Source of the DNA: Akkermansiaceae bacterium
GTDB lineage: Bacteria; Verrucomicrobiota; Verrucomicrobiia; Verrucomicrobiales; Akkermansiaceae
Assembly: GCA_051251915.1 (NCBI GenBank)
Contig: JBPOGF010000015.1
Span: 32,001-96,000, forward strand
DNA: 64,000 bases
Direction: 5' to 3'
This document shows, piece after piece, positions 10,144-21,356 of the stretch. The notes beneath the pieces were generated by a model. The model was given only the letters and a program-made list of their open reading frames with translations. It ran no database searches and had not been told where the DNA came from. The stretch's first letter is position 1; every line of letters begins with the position of its first letter. The position numbers and the translations under genes are program-made.

Positions 10144-11214
10144 CTATTCTGTTACATCCGGATAACTCCCTAGCATTTTCACCATAGAGCAATACTCTGA
10201 GAGGTTCTCGATACCTGCAGCCACTTTCTCATCTTCGCAATGCCCTGCGAGATCTACATAGAAATTATACTCCCAATCACGCTGCTTGGATGGCCTAGAT
10301 TCGATTTTCGACATATTCACTTCAATAGAGTCAAAGATCTGGAGAGCTTTCACCAATGAGCCAGGTTTATCTTTAGTGCTAAATAATATCGAGGTGCGGT
10401 CTTTTCCAGTAGGCGGACATGTTTTCTCACCGATCACGAGGAATCGCGTTGTATTGGTCGCTCGATCTTGGATGCATTCATCTAGCATCGTCAGACCGTG
10501 CATTTCCGCAGCTAGTGGGCCTCCCATGGCCGCAGCACCATCAGCTTCATATTTTTTAGCAAGAAATGCAGCCTTTGTTGTGGATGACACCTCTACCAAA
10601 TCAGCTTTTGGGAAATGGCGAAGAATCCAATTACGACACTGGCCGAATACTTGAGGGTGTGAATAAAGCGTCTTGATGTCTTCACGTGGAATACTCGCCA
10701 TTAAGCCATTCTCAATACGAAGAAGAATCTGCGCACAGATTTTAAGAGGGGAGTCTACGAAGAGATCGAGCGTGTGAGAAACCGCTCCTTCAGTAGAGTT
10801 TTCGATAGGAACAACGCCATAATCCGCTTTCCTGCGTGCCACTTGGTCGAACACCTCAGCGAAGTTTGACTGCGAAGAATAAGCCACGGAATGTCCAAAT
10901 TTCTTGATTGCCGCTTGATGTGTCCAAGTGCCTGCAGGCCCTAAATAGGCTATCTTCAGATCGTCTTCAAGAGCTAGCGCACACGACATAATTTCTCGAT
11001 AAATTGCACGCACAGATTTCTCCGGAATCCGCTCTCCAGCCATCGTCACTAACTTTTGCAAAAGTAACTCTTCTCTCTCTGGCGCATAGATTTGCAGCCC
11101 CTCCTTCTTCTTAATTTCTCCCACAGTGTGAACACAGTCAACACGTTGAGCTAATAGGTCTAAAAGTTGACTGTCTATCGCATCAATCTTCTTGCGTATA
11201 TCGTTTAATGGCAT
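10144..11214 (-). CDS. pheA: Chorismate mutase / prephenate dehydratase
   Basis: N-terminal CM domain (IRKKIDAID...RE), YLGPAGT, PIENSTEG, SHPQ, NTTRF, ACT domain with IESRP. Confidence 0.96.
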   Translation of the reverse strand: MPLNDIRKKIDAIDSQLLDLLAQRVDCVHTVGEIKKKEGLQIYAPEREELLLQKLVTMAGERIPEKSVRAIYREIMSCALALEDDLKIAYLGPAGTWTHQAAIKKFGHSVAYSSQSNFAEVFDQVARRKADYGVVPIENSTEGAVSHTLDLFVDSPLKICAQILLRIENGLMASIPREDIKTLYSHPQVFGQCRNWILRHFPKADLVEVSSTTKAAFLAKKYEADGAAAMGGPLAAEMHGLTMLDECIQDRATNTTRFLVIGEKTCPPTGKDRTSILFSTKDKPGSLVKALQIFDSIEVNMSKIESRPSKQRDWEYNFYVDLAGHCEDEKVAAGIENLSEYCSMVKMLGSYPDVTE

Positions 11215-11268
11215 TACGTAAAATTACTAGTAAGTTGTTTAATTTTAATTATTTAATATTGTATCGAA

Positions 11269-12051
11269 TTAAAGTTTATTAGAGCTTTTTCCAATATTTT
11301 CAAATTCGTTCGCTGGTGCTAAATGCTCACTGGTTTGGGTTGCTGTCAAATCATTTTCGTCGCTATTTTCTAGCTTTGGCTCAGGCAATTTAACAGTTCT
11401 TAACTCGGAAGCATTAGGTAGATCATTTACATTTTTGATCCCAAAATACTCGAAGAACAGTTCCGTAGTTTCATACAAAAGTGGCCGACCAGGTAGTTCT
11501 GCGCGACCACCAATACAAATCAATTCTCGGTCTAAAAGTTTCTGTAGCATGCCATCACATGATACTCCTCTGACGGCTTCAATGGCTGCTTTTGTGATAG
11601 GCTGTCGATATGCAATAATCGCCAAGGTTTCCATTGCAGGACCACTCAATCTCTGAGGTTTTTGCCCAGGAAATAACTGACGAACAAAATCAGCGTATTC
11701 CGGATTAGTGTAAATTTTCCAACCTTTAGAGCGCTCAATAATAGCGAATGATCGACCGTTCGCTGTGTAGTTCTGATTTAACTCAGCGATGGCGGTGATC
11801 ACTTGATTCTGTGAAGTTGGTGCTAATTCTGAGAGCCAAACCGGTAATGTCGCGGGTTGAAACTCATCCACATCATCAGGACGATCAGTTTTCTTGTTTT
11901 TAGTAATTGATGCTATGACATCTTCATTTTCCACCTGAAGTGATTCTTCAGCCTCAGCGACACGAGCGCGTACCAACCGAGCTAGCTCAGCACTAGATAA
12001 AGGTTGTTCAGAGGCTACAAGAATAGCTTCGATGATCGCGGTCAATTCCAT
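11269..12051 (-). CDS. scpB: SMC-Scp complex subunit ScpB
   Basis: IEAILVAS, LSGPAMETLAIIAYRQPITKAAIEAVRGV, GRPLLY.TT..F..YFG. Confidence 0.95.
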   Translation of the reverse strand: MELTAIIEAILVASEQPLSSAELARLVRARVAEAEESLQVENEDVIASITKNKKTDRPDDVDEFQPATLPVWLSELAPTSQNQVITAIAELNQNYTANGRSFAIIERSKGWKIYTNPEYADFVRQLFPGQKPQRLSGPAMETLAIIAYRQPITKAAIEAVRGVSCDGMLQKLLDRELICIGGRAELPGRPLLYETTELFFEYFGIKNVNDLPNASELRTVKLPEPKLENSDENDLTATQTSEHLAPANEFENIGKSSNKL

Positions 12052-12060
12052 TACACCAAC

Positions 12061-12089
12061 AGACTAAATTTGACCTCACTACAATGCAA
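12061..12089 (-). promoter_or_regulatory. Candidate sigma70 promoter of scpB (near-leaderless)
   Basis: TTGCAT-17 nt-TAGTCT, then 9 nt to the ATG. Confidence 0.55.
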
Positions 12090-12226
12090 GCAAGATGATT
12101 TCTAATTCAGGATATGAATCATAGATTTGATGTTTGCTGGTTTCTCATTAAGAATGCTAACAAATGTATAATTTACAAGCGCAGAGCCCTTGTTGGATTG
12201 TTAATTATGCACGAGTGCGATAGAGT

Positions 12227-12252
12227 TATGCCTATATATGCCTATATATGCC
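12227..12252. repeat. 10-bp tandem repeat, about 2.6 copies
   Basis: TATGCCTATA TATGCCTATA TATGCC. Confidence 0.9.
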
Positions 12253-12369
12253 AATTTTAAATCACCTCTTTTATAAGTTCACACAATATATGTAATGCGT
12301 CATTATGTAGTGATCACAAATACGTTTATTGCAACCTCCTTAAAATAAGTGCCGGCTAGTAGATTCTAA

Positions 12370-14217
12370 TCACACCTCCGCCGAGTTAACATCCTCTCTT
12401 AGATTGTCGATGATGTAGAGTTGTCGATCTGGTGTATTTTTGCCCATGTAGAATGCGAGCATCTCTTTAAGTGATTTTCCCTCAACCATTGAAACTGGGT
12501 CGAGTCGAATATCATCACCGATCATGAACGCGAATTCATCAGGTGAGATTTCACCTAAACCTTTGAATCGTGTGATTTCTGCGGCTTTGCCACATTCTTT
12601 AATAGCACTCTCACGTTCTTCGTCATCGTAGCAATAGAATGTTTTCTTCTTATTTCTCACTCTGAACAATGGGGTCTGCAAGATGTAAACGTGTCCTTCT
12701 CTTACGAGCTCTGGAAAGAACTGAAGGAAAAACGTTAACAACAATAGCCTGATATGCATACCGTCGACATCGGCATCTGTTGCGATGACTACATGGTTAA
12801 ATTTAAGACCTTCAAGTCCATCCTCAATGTTGAGTGCGTGCTGCAACAAGTTAAATTCTTCATTCTCATAAACGATCTTTTTTGTTAGTGAGAATGAGTT
12901 CAATGGCTTACCGCGCAACGAAAACACAGCCTGAGTTTCAACATCACGACTCTTCGTGATAGAACCACTTGCAGAGTCACCCTCAGTAATAAACACTGTT
13001 GTTTCTTCTCTGCGCTTGTGCTTTGTGTCTAAATGAGCACGGCAGTCTCTAAGCTTTTTATTATGAACCTTAGCTTTTCTTGCTCTATCCCTGGCCAGCT
13101 TTTTGATTCCTTTGAGCTCTTTGCGCTCTTTTTCTGCTACGAGGATACGTTTTTGTAATGCCTCTGCACTTTTCGGATGCTTATGTAGGTGGTTATCAAG
13201 ATGCTCTTTGAGGAAATTCAGGACAAATGTCCGGACGGTTTCTCCATCTGGAGCCACATGCGTGGAACCGAGTTTTGTCTTTGTTTGACTCTCAAACACC
13301 GGTTCCTCAACTCGGATCGATACAGCAGCAGTTAGACCTGCTCGGATATCTGAAGGGTCATATTGTTTCTTATAAAAGTCCCTCACCACCTTAACCACCG
13401 CCTCACGAAATGCAGCGAGATGGGTTCCGCCCTGTGTAGTGTGCTGACCATTAACAAAGGTGTAGTAATCTTCACCACTTGCCATGGTGTGAGTGAATGT
13501 CACATCAAGATCTTTGCCGCATAAATTAATTGGCTCATAGAGCATTTCATCATCCATTTCCTCTTTCAAGAGGTCCAGTAATCCGTCTCTAGATTTAAAC
13601 TTCTTACCGTTGAAGACCACAGTTAAACCTGGGTTCAAGTAGGAATAATAGCGACACATCTTCTCCACGTAACGCTCACGAAATTTGGTTCTTTTTGGGA
13701 AAATTTCACGATCGACATCAAACGCGATACGCGTTCCGTTCACCGCATCTTTATCTTTGCGAGGTGTCTTCATATCCTCCACCACTTCGCCACGGCTAAA
13801 CTCAATTGCCTTAGTCTCACCTTCTCGCCAAGCTTGAATTTCGAAGAATATTGATAACGCATTCACAGCCTTAATGCCCACACCGTTAAGGCCAACAGAT
13901 TTCTTGAATGCCTCACTGTCATATTTAGCTCCAGTATTGATTTTAGCCGCGCAATCCATCAATTTGCCAAGCGGTATCCCCCTGCCGAAATCTCGCACTT
14001 CTACCCGGTCTTCGTCATCGATCGTTACATGAATTTCCTTACCATGGCCCATGACAAACTCATCAATTGAGTTATCCATGACTTCTTTGAGCAAGATGTA
14101 GATACCGTCCTCAGGACTAGATCCATCGGCTAACTTTCCGATATACATACCTGGTCGCAAGCGGATATGCTCTTTCCAGTCTAAACTCTTGATGTCGTCT
14201 TCTGTGTAACTTGCCAT
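12370..14217 (-). CDS. parE: Type IIA topoisomerase B subunit, most likely topoisomerase IV ParE
   Basis: [49 protein letters not shown]; short 615-aa form. Confidence 0.85.
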   Translation of the reverse strand: MASYTEDDIKSLDWKEHIRLRPGMYIGKLADGSSPEDGIYILLKEVMDNSIDEFVMGHGKEIHVTIDDEDRVEVRDFGRGIPLGKLMDCAAKINTGAKYDSEAFKKSVGLNGVGIKAVNALSIFFEIQAWREGETKAIEFSRGEVVEDMKTPRKDKDAVNGTRIAFDVDREIFPKRTKFRERYVEKMCRYYSYLNPGLTVVFNGKKFKSRDGLLDLLKEEMDDEMLYEPINLCGKDLDVTFTHTMASGEDYYTFVNGQHTTQGGTHLAAFREAVVKVVRDFYKKQYDPSDIRAGLTAAVSIRVEEPVFESQTKTKLGSTHVAPDGETVRTFVLNFLKEHLDNHLHKHPKSAEALQKRILVAEKERKELKGIKKLARDRARKAKVHNKKLRDCRAHLDTKHKRREETTVFITEGDSASGSITKSRDVETQAVFSLRGKPLNSFSLTKKIVYENEEFNLLQHALNIEDGLEGLKFNHVVIATDADVDGMHIRLLLLTFFLQFFPELVREGHVYILQTPLFRVRNKKKTFYCYDDEERESAIKECGKAAEITRFKGLGEISPDEFAFMIGDDIRLDPVSMVEGKSLKEMLAFYMGKNTPDRQLYIIDNLREDVNSAEV

Positions 14218-14305
14218 GATGAAAAATGCTTTTGCTTAAGATGCGTTAATTAATCTATTGTGGCAACTACGAAATGCGTAAGAGTCAGTAAATACTAAGC
14301 TTTTA

Positions 14306-14989
14306 CTATAGGTTACGACGGCCCAAGCCCTCTATTTCTTTCTGCTGCTTATTGATCAAAAATGAAATAGCTATCCCAGGGAGAACCGATACCCATGTCC
14401 AAGCGTGTATAGACTCTATTAGGTCCTCCTCTTCCGAAACTCTGTGTAGGACACGAGTTCGCTCGATGAGTGAAGCCATCTGAGATGCCGCTTCTTTTTC
14501 TACTGCACGCGAAAACCACAGGAAACAAATGCAACCAGCAAGCACTAGTCCTACAATAATGATAGTCCACATTGCAGGAACTCGGCCGACAATGGTTCCA
14601 AGTACACATCCCACGAAGGTTAGTGGTGGTAAGATGTAACCAAGTTTCACATATTTAATGCGCCACTGAATCAGTTTTTGATGATCTTCCCAAAGCCCAG
14701 ACAGGCCAAGCTTAATAAGTTGCTGGGCGATTTCTTTACTAGAAGTCGAATGTCTGTATCTCTCATCAATTATAGCCACGCCCTCATTATTAAGCGGAAT
14801 ACCAACCCAAGCGCGCTTCTTAAACTCATAGTTAACCTTGTCATACTTCGCGGAGATCACTTTGAGAATGGTTTCCAAATTCACCGACAACTCCCCTGCT
14901 TTGTATAATTTTCGGAAACCAAAGAGATTTGCTACGAGAAAACCTACCAGAATAGGCACAGCGCAGATGAGTATCAGCAATGCTTTCAT
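14306..14989 (-). CDS. Hypothetical membrane protein
   Basis: 227 aa with about 4 hydrophobic segments. Confidence 0.7.
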   Translation of the reverse strand: MKALLILICAVPILVGFLVANLFGFRKLYKAGELSVNLETILKVISAKYDKVNYEFKKRAWVGIPLNNEGVAIIDERYRHSTSSKEIAQQLIKLGLSGLWEDHQKLIQWRIKYVKLGYILPPLTFVGCVLGTIVGRVPAMWTIIIVGLVLAGCICFLWFSRAVEKEAASQMASLIERTRVLHRVSEEEDLIESIHAWTWVSVLPGIAISFLINKQQKEIEGLGRRNL

Positions 14990-15016
14990 AAGTTACGCTA
15001 AAGGAGTCAAAATAGA

Positions 15017-17848
15017 TTAAGGTTTAGGGTGTGGTTCCGTCCTAAATCTCTCCAACTGATTAGCTAAACTGTAGGTGCGCATTTTAGCAGATGCCCGTCT
15101 TCCTAAAGTATCTAAACGACCATACTTACTTGCAATTACCGCTTTTTCTCCCCATTCAACAGCTTTTTTTCTATCTCCCTTAGCGTGCCAAATCTCGCCC
15201 ATGGTATCTATGTAAGAAGCCTCAAATGGTGTGATTTTCAGTGATGTGTCAGAGTGTTGTAATGCTACATCTAGTTTTCTAACAGCACGTGATAGAATCC
15301 ACGCAATGGTATTGTGCGTATTTGAGCATTCAGGAAATTCTTCTAGCGATCGTTGTACATATTGATGAGATTCCTCTACCCAGAGATCGTATTGTTTCGT
15401 TAAGTCTGTGGTTCTAACAGCGGGGTAGAAATGATCAGCTAATGAACCGTCGCCAACTATGGATTGGTGTGCAAAGTTTAGCATTTTCAGCCCTTTAGCT
15501 TTTTCACCGGCTTTATAGAGCTGCATTCCTCGGGTGAATTGAGCATTGTAGAAATCGCTAATGTAATAACCAAAATTAGAGCTTTCAGTGTCTGATGGAT
15601 GTTCGATGAGGTCAGACGCAGACTTCACCATGAAGAATGCCGCAGCTTTAGCCCATTGTTGTGTATGACTGTATGCGTTGTCAGATCCTGATAAGTAGCC
15701 TAATGCAAATTTGTATAAATTTGACTCTCTATCCACAGAACCAATAATGAGAATTCGCTCTACGATTTCAGTAGAAATATCATAATAACCTGCAAGGTAA
15801 TGCTCAACCGCGATATCGCGAAGTTCATCATTCAGCCCCATGCTTAGAAGCTTGGCGTGATCTAACAACTGATCTGCAGCTTTCTCATCGCCTAGTTTAC
15901 GCTTCGCGATAGAATAAATGGCATACCATCTTGGTGAATCCTGGAGGAATGAGCTATCTGCATCAAGCAGATTGGCAATTGTTTTCCAGTCGAGACAACT
16001 CGCAAGCTCTCTAAGGTATTCCAGCTTCCTCAACGGAATTGCTATTTTGTTCTTTTCAGAATCAAGTAATAGTTTTGCATATTTCTTAGCGCTAATCGCG
16101 TCTTGTCTAAACATCGCCACTGAATGCAATGCTGAGCGCATAGACTTTAGACTTACTACACCCTGATTTGAGGCTATTTTGATGAGTTCATCTTGTAACT
16201 GGAGGTAAGTTTTCACCTCTGACTGATAAATGCCCATAACGACGGCTAGATCTCGGAATGATTTCTCAGGAGTCACATCATCGCGGTGTAATAATGTGTT
16301 CCAAACTAGGTCAGTATCAACAGTATCGTCATACAGGTAAGTCACCATTTGCTCATAGGTGTTGTCATCATTTCCTCTTTCTAGCACCACCTCTATTGCG
16401 AGGTCGTGCATCCTGTGATTAGCCATAGACTCTACAACTTTATACCATTCGTTATTCTTCTGAGCCTGTAACTCTTTGAGTAATGGTGAGATGATTTCTT
16501 TTGCTGTTTGAGGCAATCCTTTATTGTAATAAAACTCAGACAACATCAAGAGTCTGTCTGAATACGGAATCTGATCTGCGCCTCTAAAAGCACGTTGATC
16601 CTGCTGATCCATTTCGAACTCTTCTAGAGCTTGCCGGGTGTTATCTTTAATGAATTTTTGAAGAGATTTTTCATCGGTTATACCTAGTATGGCTAATGCC
16701 TTTTTGGGCTGTTCTCTACGCTCTAGATGAGCAAAGGCGTCATATTGGTAGCGTTTCAGTAAGTATGGTTCAACGAGGTTTCCAGCTCCTGTTAAACACA
16801 TGGATTTCATGGTCTGATTGAGCAAGTCACTAGGTTTATCTCCTTTAAATATGTTGAGCGTTTTGAGTTGTTGGGCGTGAGCTTTCTTAATAAATTCATC
16901 ACTCTCCCCTTCGTACTGAGCCTTCAATATGGCGAGTCCTGTTTTCGCTATAAACGGTGCTTGTTTTGCATAAAACTGATACATCATAGCAGGATCACCT
17001 TCTAATAAATCCAAGTTTGCAATCACACCAACAAGACTCTCTTGCTGCGCGTATTTTCGGATATCAGCTCGACTCGGCTTCTCTAAATGTAAATGCTGTT
17101 CCCAGTCTTTATCAACTAGCTGATCACTCATATTCTTGAGTTTTTCTATCTCCTCATCGAGTCTCCCTATGTGGGCATAGAGATACGCTAGCGAACGCAG
17201 TGATGTTTCGCTTTTCGGAGCCAGCTTTAACTGTTCGATAGCCGCCTCAACATCTCCTTTTCCCAGAGATTCTTTAGCCGCATGATGAGCTAGCCTGTTA
17301 AAGTCTTCGTAGAGAGTTTCAGCGAGAGCTTGGTCTTTCATTTCTGAAAGCATGAAGAGCATCTGAGAGTAGGCCTTTTCTGCATAGAGCTCTCTAAGGA
17401 TGTCTTCCTTCTCATCGTTATTTGCTGCATCAAATGACTGCACTAACTCAGCAATATGTGGTGGAGTGTCTGGCAAGATTCCGACTTTAATGTATCTAAT
17501 GAGCTCAGATGATCTAGAAATAAGTTCAGGATTGCTAGACTTAGCGGCCTGCGCCAATGTGTCTAGCATCGGCTTGCCTCTTCGCCAGATCAAATCGCTG
17601 GCTTTCTCTCTGATCATGAATTCTTCATTGGCGAGCTGCTGCACGAGTTCACCATGATTCATATCTTCAAGTACTAATTTCTTGGTTTCAGGAAATCCTT
17701 GTTGCGTTTCTTTTACCTTTGATTTCCCAGGTTCTGAGTTCTCATGATCATCAGTATTGATGATATCAGCCATGCCGATAGTCGCAGCTAGCAACCCAGC
17801 CATTGAGATCCCTGTAGAAATTCCTTTTCTTGTGTATCTTGAAGTCAT
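15017..17848 (-). CDS. Secreted HEAT/TPR-repeat protein
   Basis: Signal-like N-terminus, HEAT-like LANEEFMIREKA, C-terminal TPRs (HNTIAWILS, YIDTMGEIW...A..WGEKA). Confidence 0.75.
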   Translation of the reverse strand: MTSRYTRKGISTGISMAGLLAATIGMADIINTDDHENSEPGKSKVKETQQGFPETKKLVLEDMNHGELVQQLANEEFMIREKASDLIWRRGKPMLDTLAQAAKSSNPELISRSSELIRYIKVGILPDTPPHIAELVQSFDAANNDEKEDILRELYAEKAYSQMLFMLSEMKDQALAETLYEDFNRLAHHAAKESLGKGDVEAAIEQLKLAPKSETSLRSLAYLYAHIGRLDEEIEKLKNMSDQLVDKDWEQHLHLEKPSRADIRKYAQQESLVGVIANLDLLEGDPAMMYQFYAKQAPFIAKTGLAILKAQYEGESDEFIKKAHAQQLKTLNIFKGDKPSDLLNQTMKSMCLTGAGNLVEPYLLKRYQYDAFAHLERREQPKKALAILGITDEKSLQKFIKDNTRQALEEFEMDQQDQRAFRGADQIPYSDRLLMLSEFYYNKGLPQTAKEIISPLLKELQAQKNNEWYKVVESMANHRMHDLAIEVVLERGNDDNTYEQMVTYLYDDTVDTDLVWNTLLHRDDVTPEKSFRDLAVVMGIYQSEVKTYLQLQDELIKIASNQGVVSLKSMRSALHSVAMFRQDAISAKKYAKLLLDSEKNKIAIPLRKLEYLRELASCLDWKTIANLLDADSSFLQDSPRWYAIYSIAKRKLGDEKAADQLLDHAKLLSMGLNDELRDIAVEHYLAGYYDISTEIVERILIIGSVDRESNLYKFALGYLSGSDNAYSHTQQWAKAAAFFMVKSASDLIEHPSDTESSNFGYYISDFYNAQFTRGMQLYKAGEKAKGLKMLNFAHQSIVGDGSLADHFYPAVRTTDLTKQYDLWVEESHQYVQRSLEEFPECSNTHNTIAWILSRAVRKLDVALQHSDTSLKITPFEASYIDTMGEIWHAKGDRKKAVEWGEKAVIASKYGRLDTLGRRASAKMRTYSLANQLERFRTEPHPKP

Positions 17849-17934
17849 TATAGAATAATAAGTAGCGCTTCTGATAAACTAGCGCAAATAGGTTGAAATA
17901 CCAGTTTTCTTTTAAGCTCTCAGATTTAAGTGCT

Positions 17935-17970
17935 AAAAAAAGGACTAGCTGATCACTCAAACTAGCCCCT
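17935..17970 (-). terminator. Intrinsic terminator after gcvP
   Basis: Minus-strand GGGCTAGTT...AGCTAGTCC stem with GU pairs followed by a U7 tract. Confidence 0.65.
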
Positions 17971-17991
17971 GTATGATTTTCCTTCTTAATC

Positions 17992-20826
17992 TTAACTCTC
18001 AGCGTATGCTTCCATCCCTATGCATGAACACATGAGATTTCGGTCACCGTGAACATTATCCACTCTGCCTACGTAAGGCCAGAATTTATGCTGGCGTAGA
18101 CTCGCCACAGGATAAGCGGCTTTTTCTCTGCTATATGGTCGATCCCAGCTATCACTAATCATCACTTCAGCTGTGTGAGGTGAGTTGGTAAGAACGTTGT
18201 TTTCCTTGTCCGCCTTGCCGTCGATTACCTCTTGGATTTCTCCGTGGATGGAAATAAGCGCGTCGCAGAATCTGTCCAATTCTAGCTTAGATTCAGACTC
18301 AGTAGGCTCTATCATCAGTGTGCCTGAGACAGGGAAACTCATAGTTGGCGCGTGGTAACCGTAATCGATCAAACGTTTCGCAACATCTTCCACTCCTATT
18401 CCAGAAGCATCAGTCAGCGGACGAACATCAATAATACATTCGTGCGCTACCAGCCCTTTGTTTCCTGTATACAAAATCGGGTAAAATTCTTTTAGACGAT
18501 GCGCTACATAGTTCGCGTTGAGGATAGCGATCTTGGTCGATTCCGTGAGACCTTCCGCACCCATCATTGCGATGTACATCCATGAAATAGTATTGATAGA
18601 GGCACTTCCAAATGGTGCGGCACTCACAGCACCTTCCTGCGAATCTGTATTTCTGTGTCCGGGAAGAAACGGGACAAGTTGCTTAGCAACACCGATAGGG
18701 CCGACTCCAGGACCTCCTCCACCATGTGGTATGCAGAAGGTCTTATGCAGATTTAAATGACACACATCAGCACCGATATGACCCGGACTAGTGAGGCCTA
18801 CCTGAGCGTTCATATTTGCTCCATCCATGTAAACCTGACCACCATTCGCATGGATCGTCTCACACATCACCTTAATTGTGGCTTCATAAACACCGTGAGT
18901 TGAGGGATAAGTTACCATCAAACACCCTAGGTTAGCTGCATGCTTTTCAGCCTGGGCAGTGAGATCAGTCACATCGATATTTCCTTCATCGTCGCATTTC
19001 ACCGGCACCACCTTGAAACCAGCCATGACAGCTGATGCGGGGTTTGTGCCATGAGCTGAAGTAGGAATAAGGCAGATATTTCTATCAGTATCACTATTTG
19101 CGATGTGGTATCGACGGATCGCTAACAGGCCGGCAAACTCACCCTGTGAACCCGCATTCGGCTGAAGCGAAACAGCTGCAAAACCTGTGATTTCAGCTAG
19201 CCACTCAGAGAGACTATCTAACATGTCAAGATAACCATGAGTCTGCGATTCTGGCGCAAATGGATGGATATTAGCAACTGTCGGCCATGAAAGCGGCATC
19301 ATTTCTGACGATGCATTTAACTTCATCGTGCACGAGCCAAGAGCGATCATCGATTCATTCAGGGCTAGATCACGCTTCTCTAATCTCGCCAAATAACGCA
19401 GCATTTCAGTCTCAGAATGATAACGGTTAAACACTTCAGCTGTGCAGAATGATGATTCACGGGTGAAGCTCCCTTCCCAGCCAAATGATTCATCCTCAGG
19501 CATCACAATGTCAGCATCTACGCCAAATGCCTGCAAGACTGCCATGCCATGTTCAGGCGTGTGCGTTTCATCAAATGAAAGCCCAACAGTATCAGAATCG
19601 ATCACGCGGAAATTAAGCCCAAACTCATGAGCTGAAGCATGGATCTCGTCCGCCTTACCCGGAGTTTTAACGGTCAAGGTATCGAAAAATACTTCATTAG
19701 TAAGTTCAAAGCCAGCCGCCTTGAGGTTATGCGCCACAACCGTCGCCATCTCGTGACACCCCATCGCGATAGTTTGTAAGCCTGCGGGTCCGTGGTAAAC
19801 TGCATACATCGAAGCCATCACAGCAAGTAACACCTGAGCAGTGCAAATGTTAGAAGTCGCCTTATCTCGACGGATATGCTGCTCGCGAGTTTGAAGCGCT
19901 AGTCGGTAAGCTGGTTTTCCATTAGAATCTATGGAAACTCCAATGATACGACCCGGAAGCTTGCGCTTAAGTGCATCTTTACAAGAAATGTATCCAGCAT
20001 GAGGTCCTCCAAAACCAAATGGAACACCGAATCTCTGACTAGAGCCTACTGCAATGTCCGCACCGAACTCACCAGGAGGACGAAGCACGGTCAGAGCAAG
20101 CAGATCAGCAGCTACAATAGTCATCGCTTTTGCTGCGTGAACCTTATCGTGAAATTCAGCGAAATCATGAACCCCACCGTCAACATCTGGATACTGCATG
20201 ATGGTAGCAAAAAGCCCCTCACAAGTAGCAGGATCAAATGACTTCCAATCACCCACTTTAACAATAATGCCGATTGGCTCACAACGGTTCTGCACAATAT
20301 CAATAGTCTGCGGCAAGCACTTATCCGAAACAAAAACAGTGGTTCCTTTTGACTTGCCAGATTTAGCCAGAGCCACCGCTTCAGCAGCTGCTGTTCCCTC
20401 ATCAAGAAGTGATGAATTTGCAATATCTAATCCAGTAAGCTCCGAAATCATCGTCTGATAATTGATCAGTGCTTCTAGTCTGCCCTGAGCAATTTCTGCT
20501 TGGTAAGGAGTGTAAGCAGTGTACCAACCTGGATTTTCAAGAATATTTCTCTGAATCACAGCTGGAGTCAAGGTGCCATAATAACCCTGACCTATGCATG
20601 AAGTCATCACTTCATTTTGATCCATGATCTGCTTGAGTAATCCAAGTGCTTCCACTTCAGAAAGCGCTTGAGGCAAATCCATTTCGTGATCAAAACGAAT
20701 GTTCGAAGGAACTGCCTCATCGATGAGATCTACGATGCGTTCGTATCCGAGTGTTCTGATCATTTCGTCACGATCATCGCCAAAGACGCCTACGTGGCGG
20801 CTACAAAAATCTATATGTGCTGACAT
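17992..20826 (-). CDS. gcvP: Glycine dehydrogenase (P protein, single chain)
   Basis: [59 protein letters not shown]. Confidence 0.98.
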   Translation of the reverse strand: MSAHIDFCSRHVGVFGDDRDEMIRTLGYERIVDLIDEAVPSNIRFDHEMDLPQALSEVEALGLLKQIMDQNEVMTSCIGQGYYGTLTPAVIQRNILENPGWYTAYTPYQAEIAQGRLEALINYQTMISELTGLDIANSSLLDEGTAAAEAVALAKSGKSKGTTVFVSDKCLPQTIDIVQNRCEPIGIIVKVGDWKSFDPATCEGLFATIMQYPDVDGGVHDFAEFHDKVHAAKAMTIVAADLLALTVLRPPGEFGADIAVGSSQRFGVPFGFGGPHAGYISCKDALKRKLPGRIIGVSIDSNGKPAYRLALQTREQHIRRDKATSNICTAQVLLAVMASMYAVYHGPAGLQTIAMGCHEMATVVAHNLKAAGFELTNEVFFDTLTVKTPGKADEIHASAHEFGLNFRVIDSDTVGLSFDETHTPEHGMAVLQAFGVDADIVMPEDESFGWEGSFTRESSFCTAEVFNRYHSETEMLRYLARLEKRDLALNESMIALGSCTMKLNASSEMMPLSWPTVANIHPFAPESQTHGYLDMLDSLSEWLAEITGFAAVSLQPNAGSQGEFAGLLAIRRYHIANSDTDRNICLIPTSAHGTNPASAVMAGFKVVPVKCDDEGNIDVTDLTAQAEKHAANLGCLMVTYPSTHGVYEATIKVMCETIHANGGQVYMDGANMNAQVGLTSPGHIGADVCHLNLHKTFCIPHGGGGPGVGPIGVAKQLVPFLPGHRNTDSQEGAVSAAPFGSASINTISWMYIAMMGAEGLTESTKIAILNANYVAHRLKEFYPILYTGNKGLVAHECIIDVRPLTDASGIGVEDVAKRLIDYGYHAPTMSFPVSGTLMIEPTESESKLELDRFCDALISIHGEIQEVIDGKADKENNVLTNSPHTAEVMISDSWDRPYSREKAAYPVASLRQHKFWPYVGRVDNVHGDRNLMCSCIGMEAYAES

Positions 20827-20853
20827 GGTTGTTAGGTATAAGTTGATTAGTTT

Positions 20854-20889
20854 AAAAGAAAGAAAGGAACATGATGCATGCTCCCTTCT
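20854..20889 (-). terminator. Terminator-like hairpin between gcvH and gcvP
   Basis: 13-bp stem (20861-20873 / 20877-20889, with GU pairs on the minus strand) followed by UUCUUUU. Confidence 0.6.
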
Positions 20890-20931
20890 CAGTGAATTTA
20901 GGATAATGTTTTGTTACTTTTAGCGAGCTAT

Positions 20932-21312
20932 CTAGCCACCTATGTGTGCAGTATATGCCGCGGCATCCATCAGTGATTCAACATCAGTTAGATCTTGGAT
21001 CTTCATCTTGAAAATCCAGCCTTTCCCATGCGGATCAGTATTCACAAGCCCAGGATCAGCTTCCAGATCTAGATTTGTCTCCACTATCTCACCAGCCAAT
21101 GGCGCGTATATGTCAGATGCAGCTTTAACAGATTCCACAACTGCAATCCCCTCTTCTTCCACACATTCGCGGCCAATTTCTGGAAGCTCTACAAAAACAA
21201 TATCAGTAAGTTCTTCCTGAGCATGCTCGGTGATTCCTACTGTGGCGACATCGCCCTCAAGGGCTATCCATTCATGGTCTGCTGTGTATTTTAAGTTTGC
21301 TGGTATGCTCAT
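20932..21312 (-). CDS. gcvH: Glycine cleavage system H protein
   Basis: HEW, VGIT.HAQ, lipoyl motif VESVKAASDIYAP. Confidence 0.97.
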   Translation of the reverse strand: MSIPANLKYTADHEWIALEGDVATVGITEHAQEELTDIVFVELPEIGRECVEEEGIAVVESVKAASDIYAPLAGEIVETNLDLEADPGLVNTDPHGKGWIFKMKIQDLTDVESLMDAAAYTAHIGG

Positions 21313-21356
21313 AATAAATTGTTCGGTTAAATTGTTGTTAGTCTTTTATGGATAAA

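Noticed and set aside
12227..12252. CRISPR-like or iteron array
   Set aside because: Only 2.6 contiguous 10-bp units with no spacers; no cas or rep gene
12052..12369. oriC in the AT-rich scpB-parE gap
   Set aside because: No TTATCCACA DnaA boxes seen, and the skew polarity fits a terminus rather than an origin
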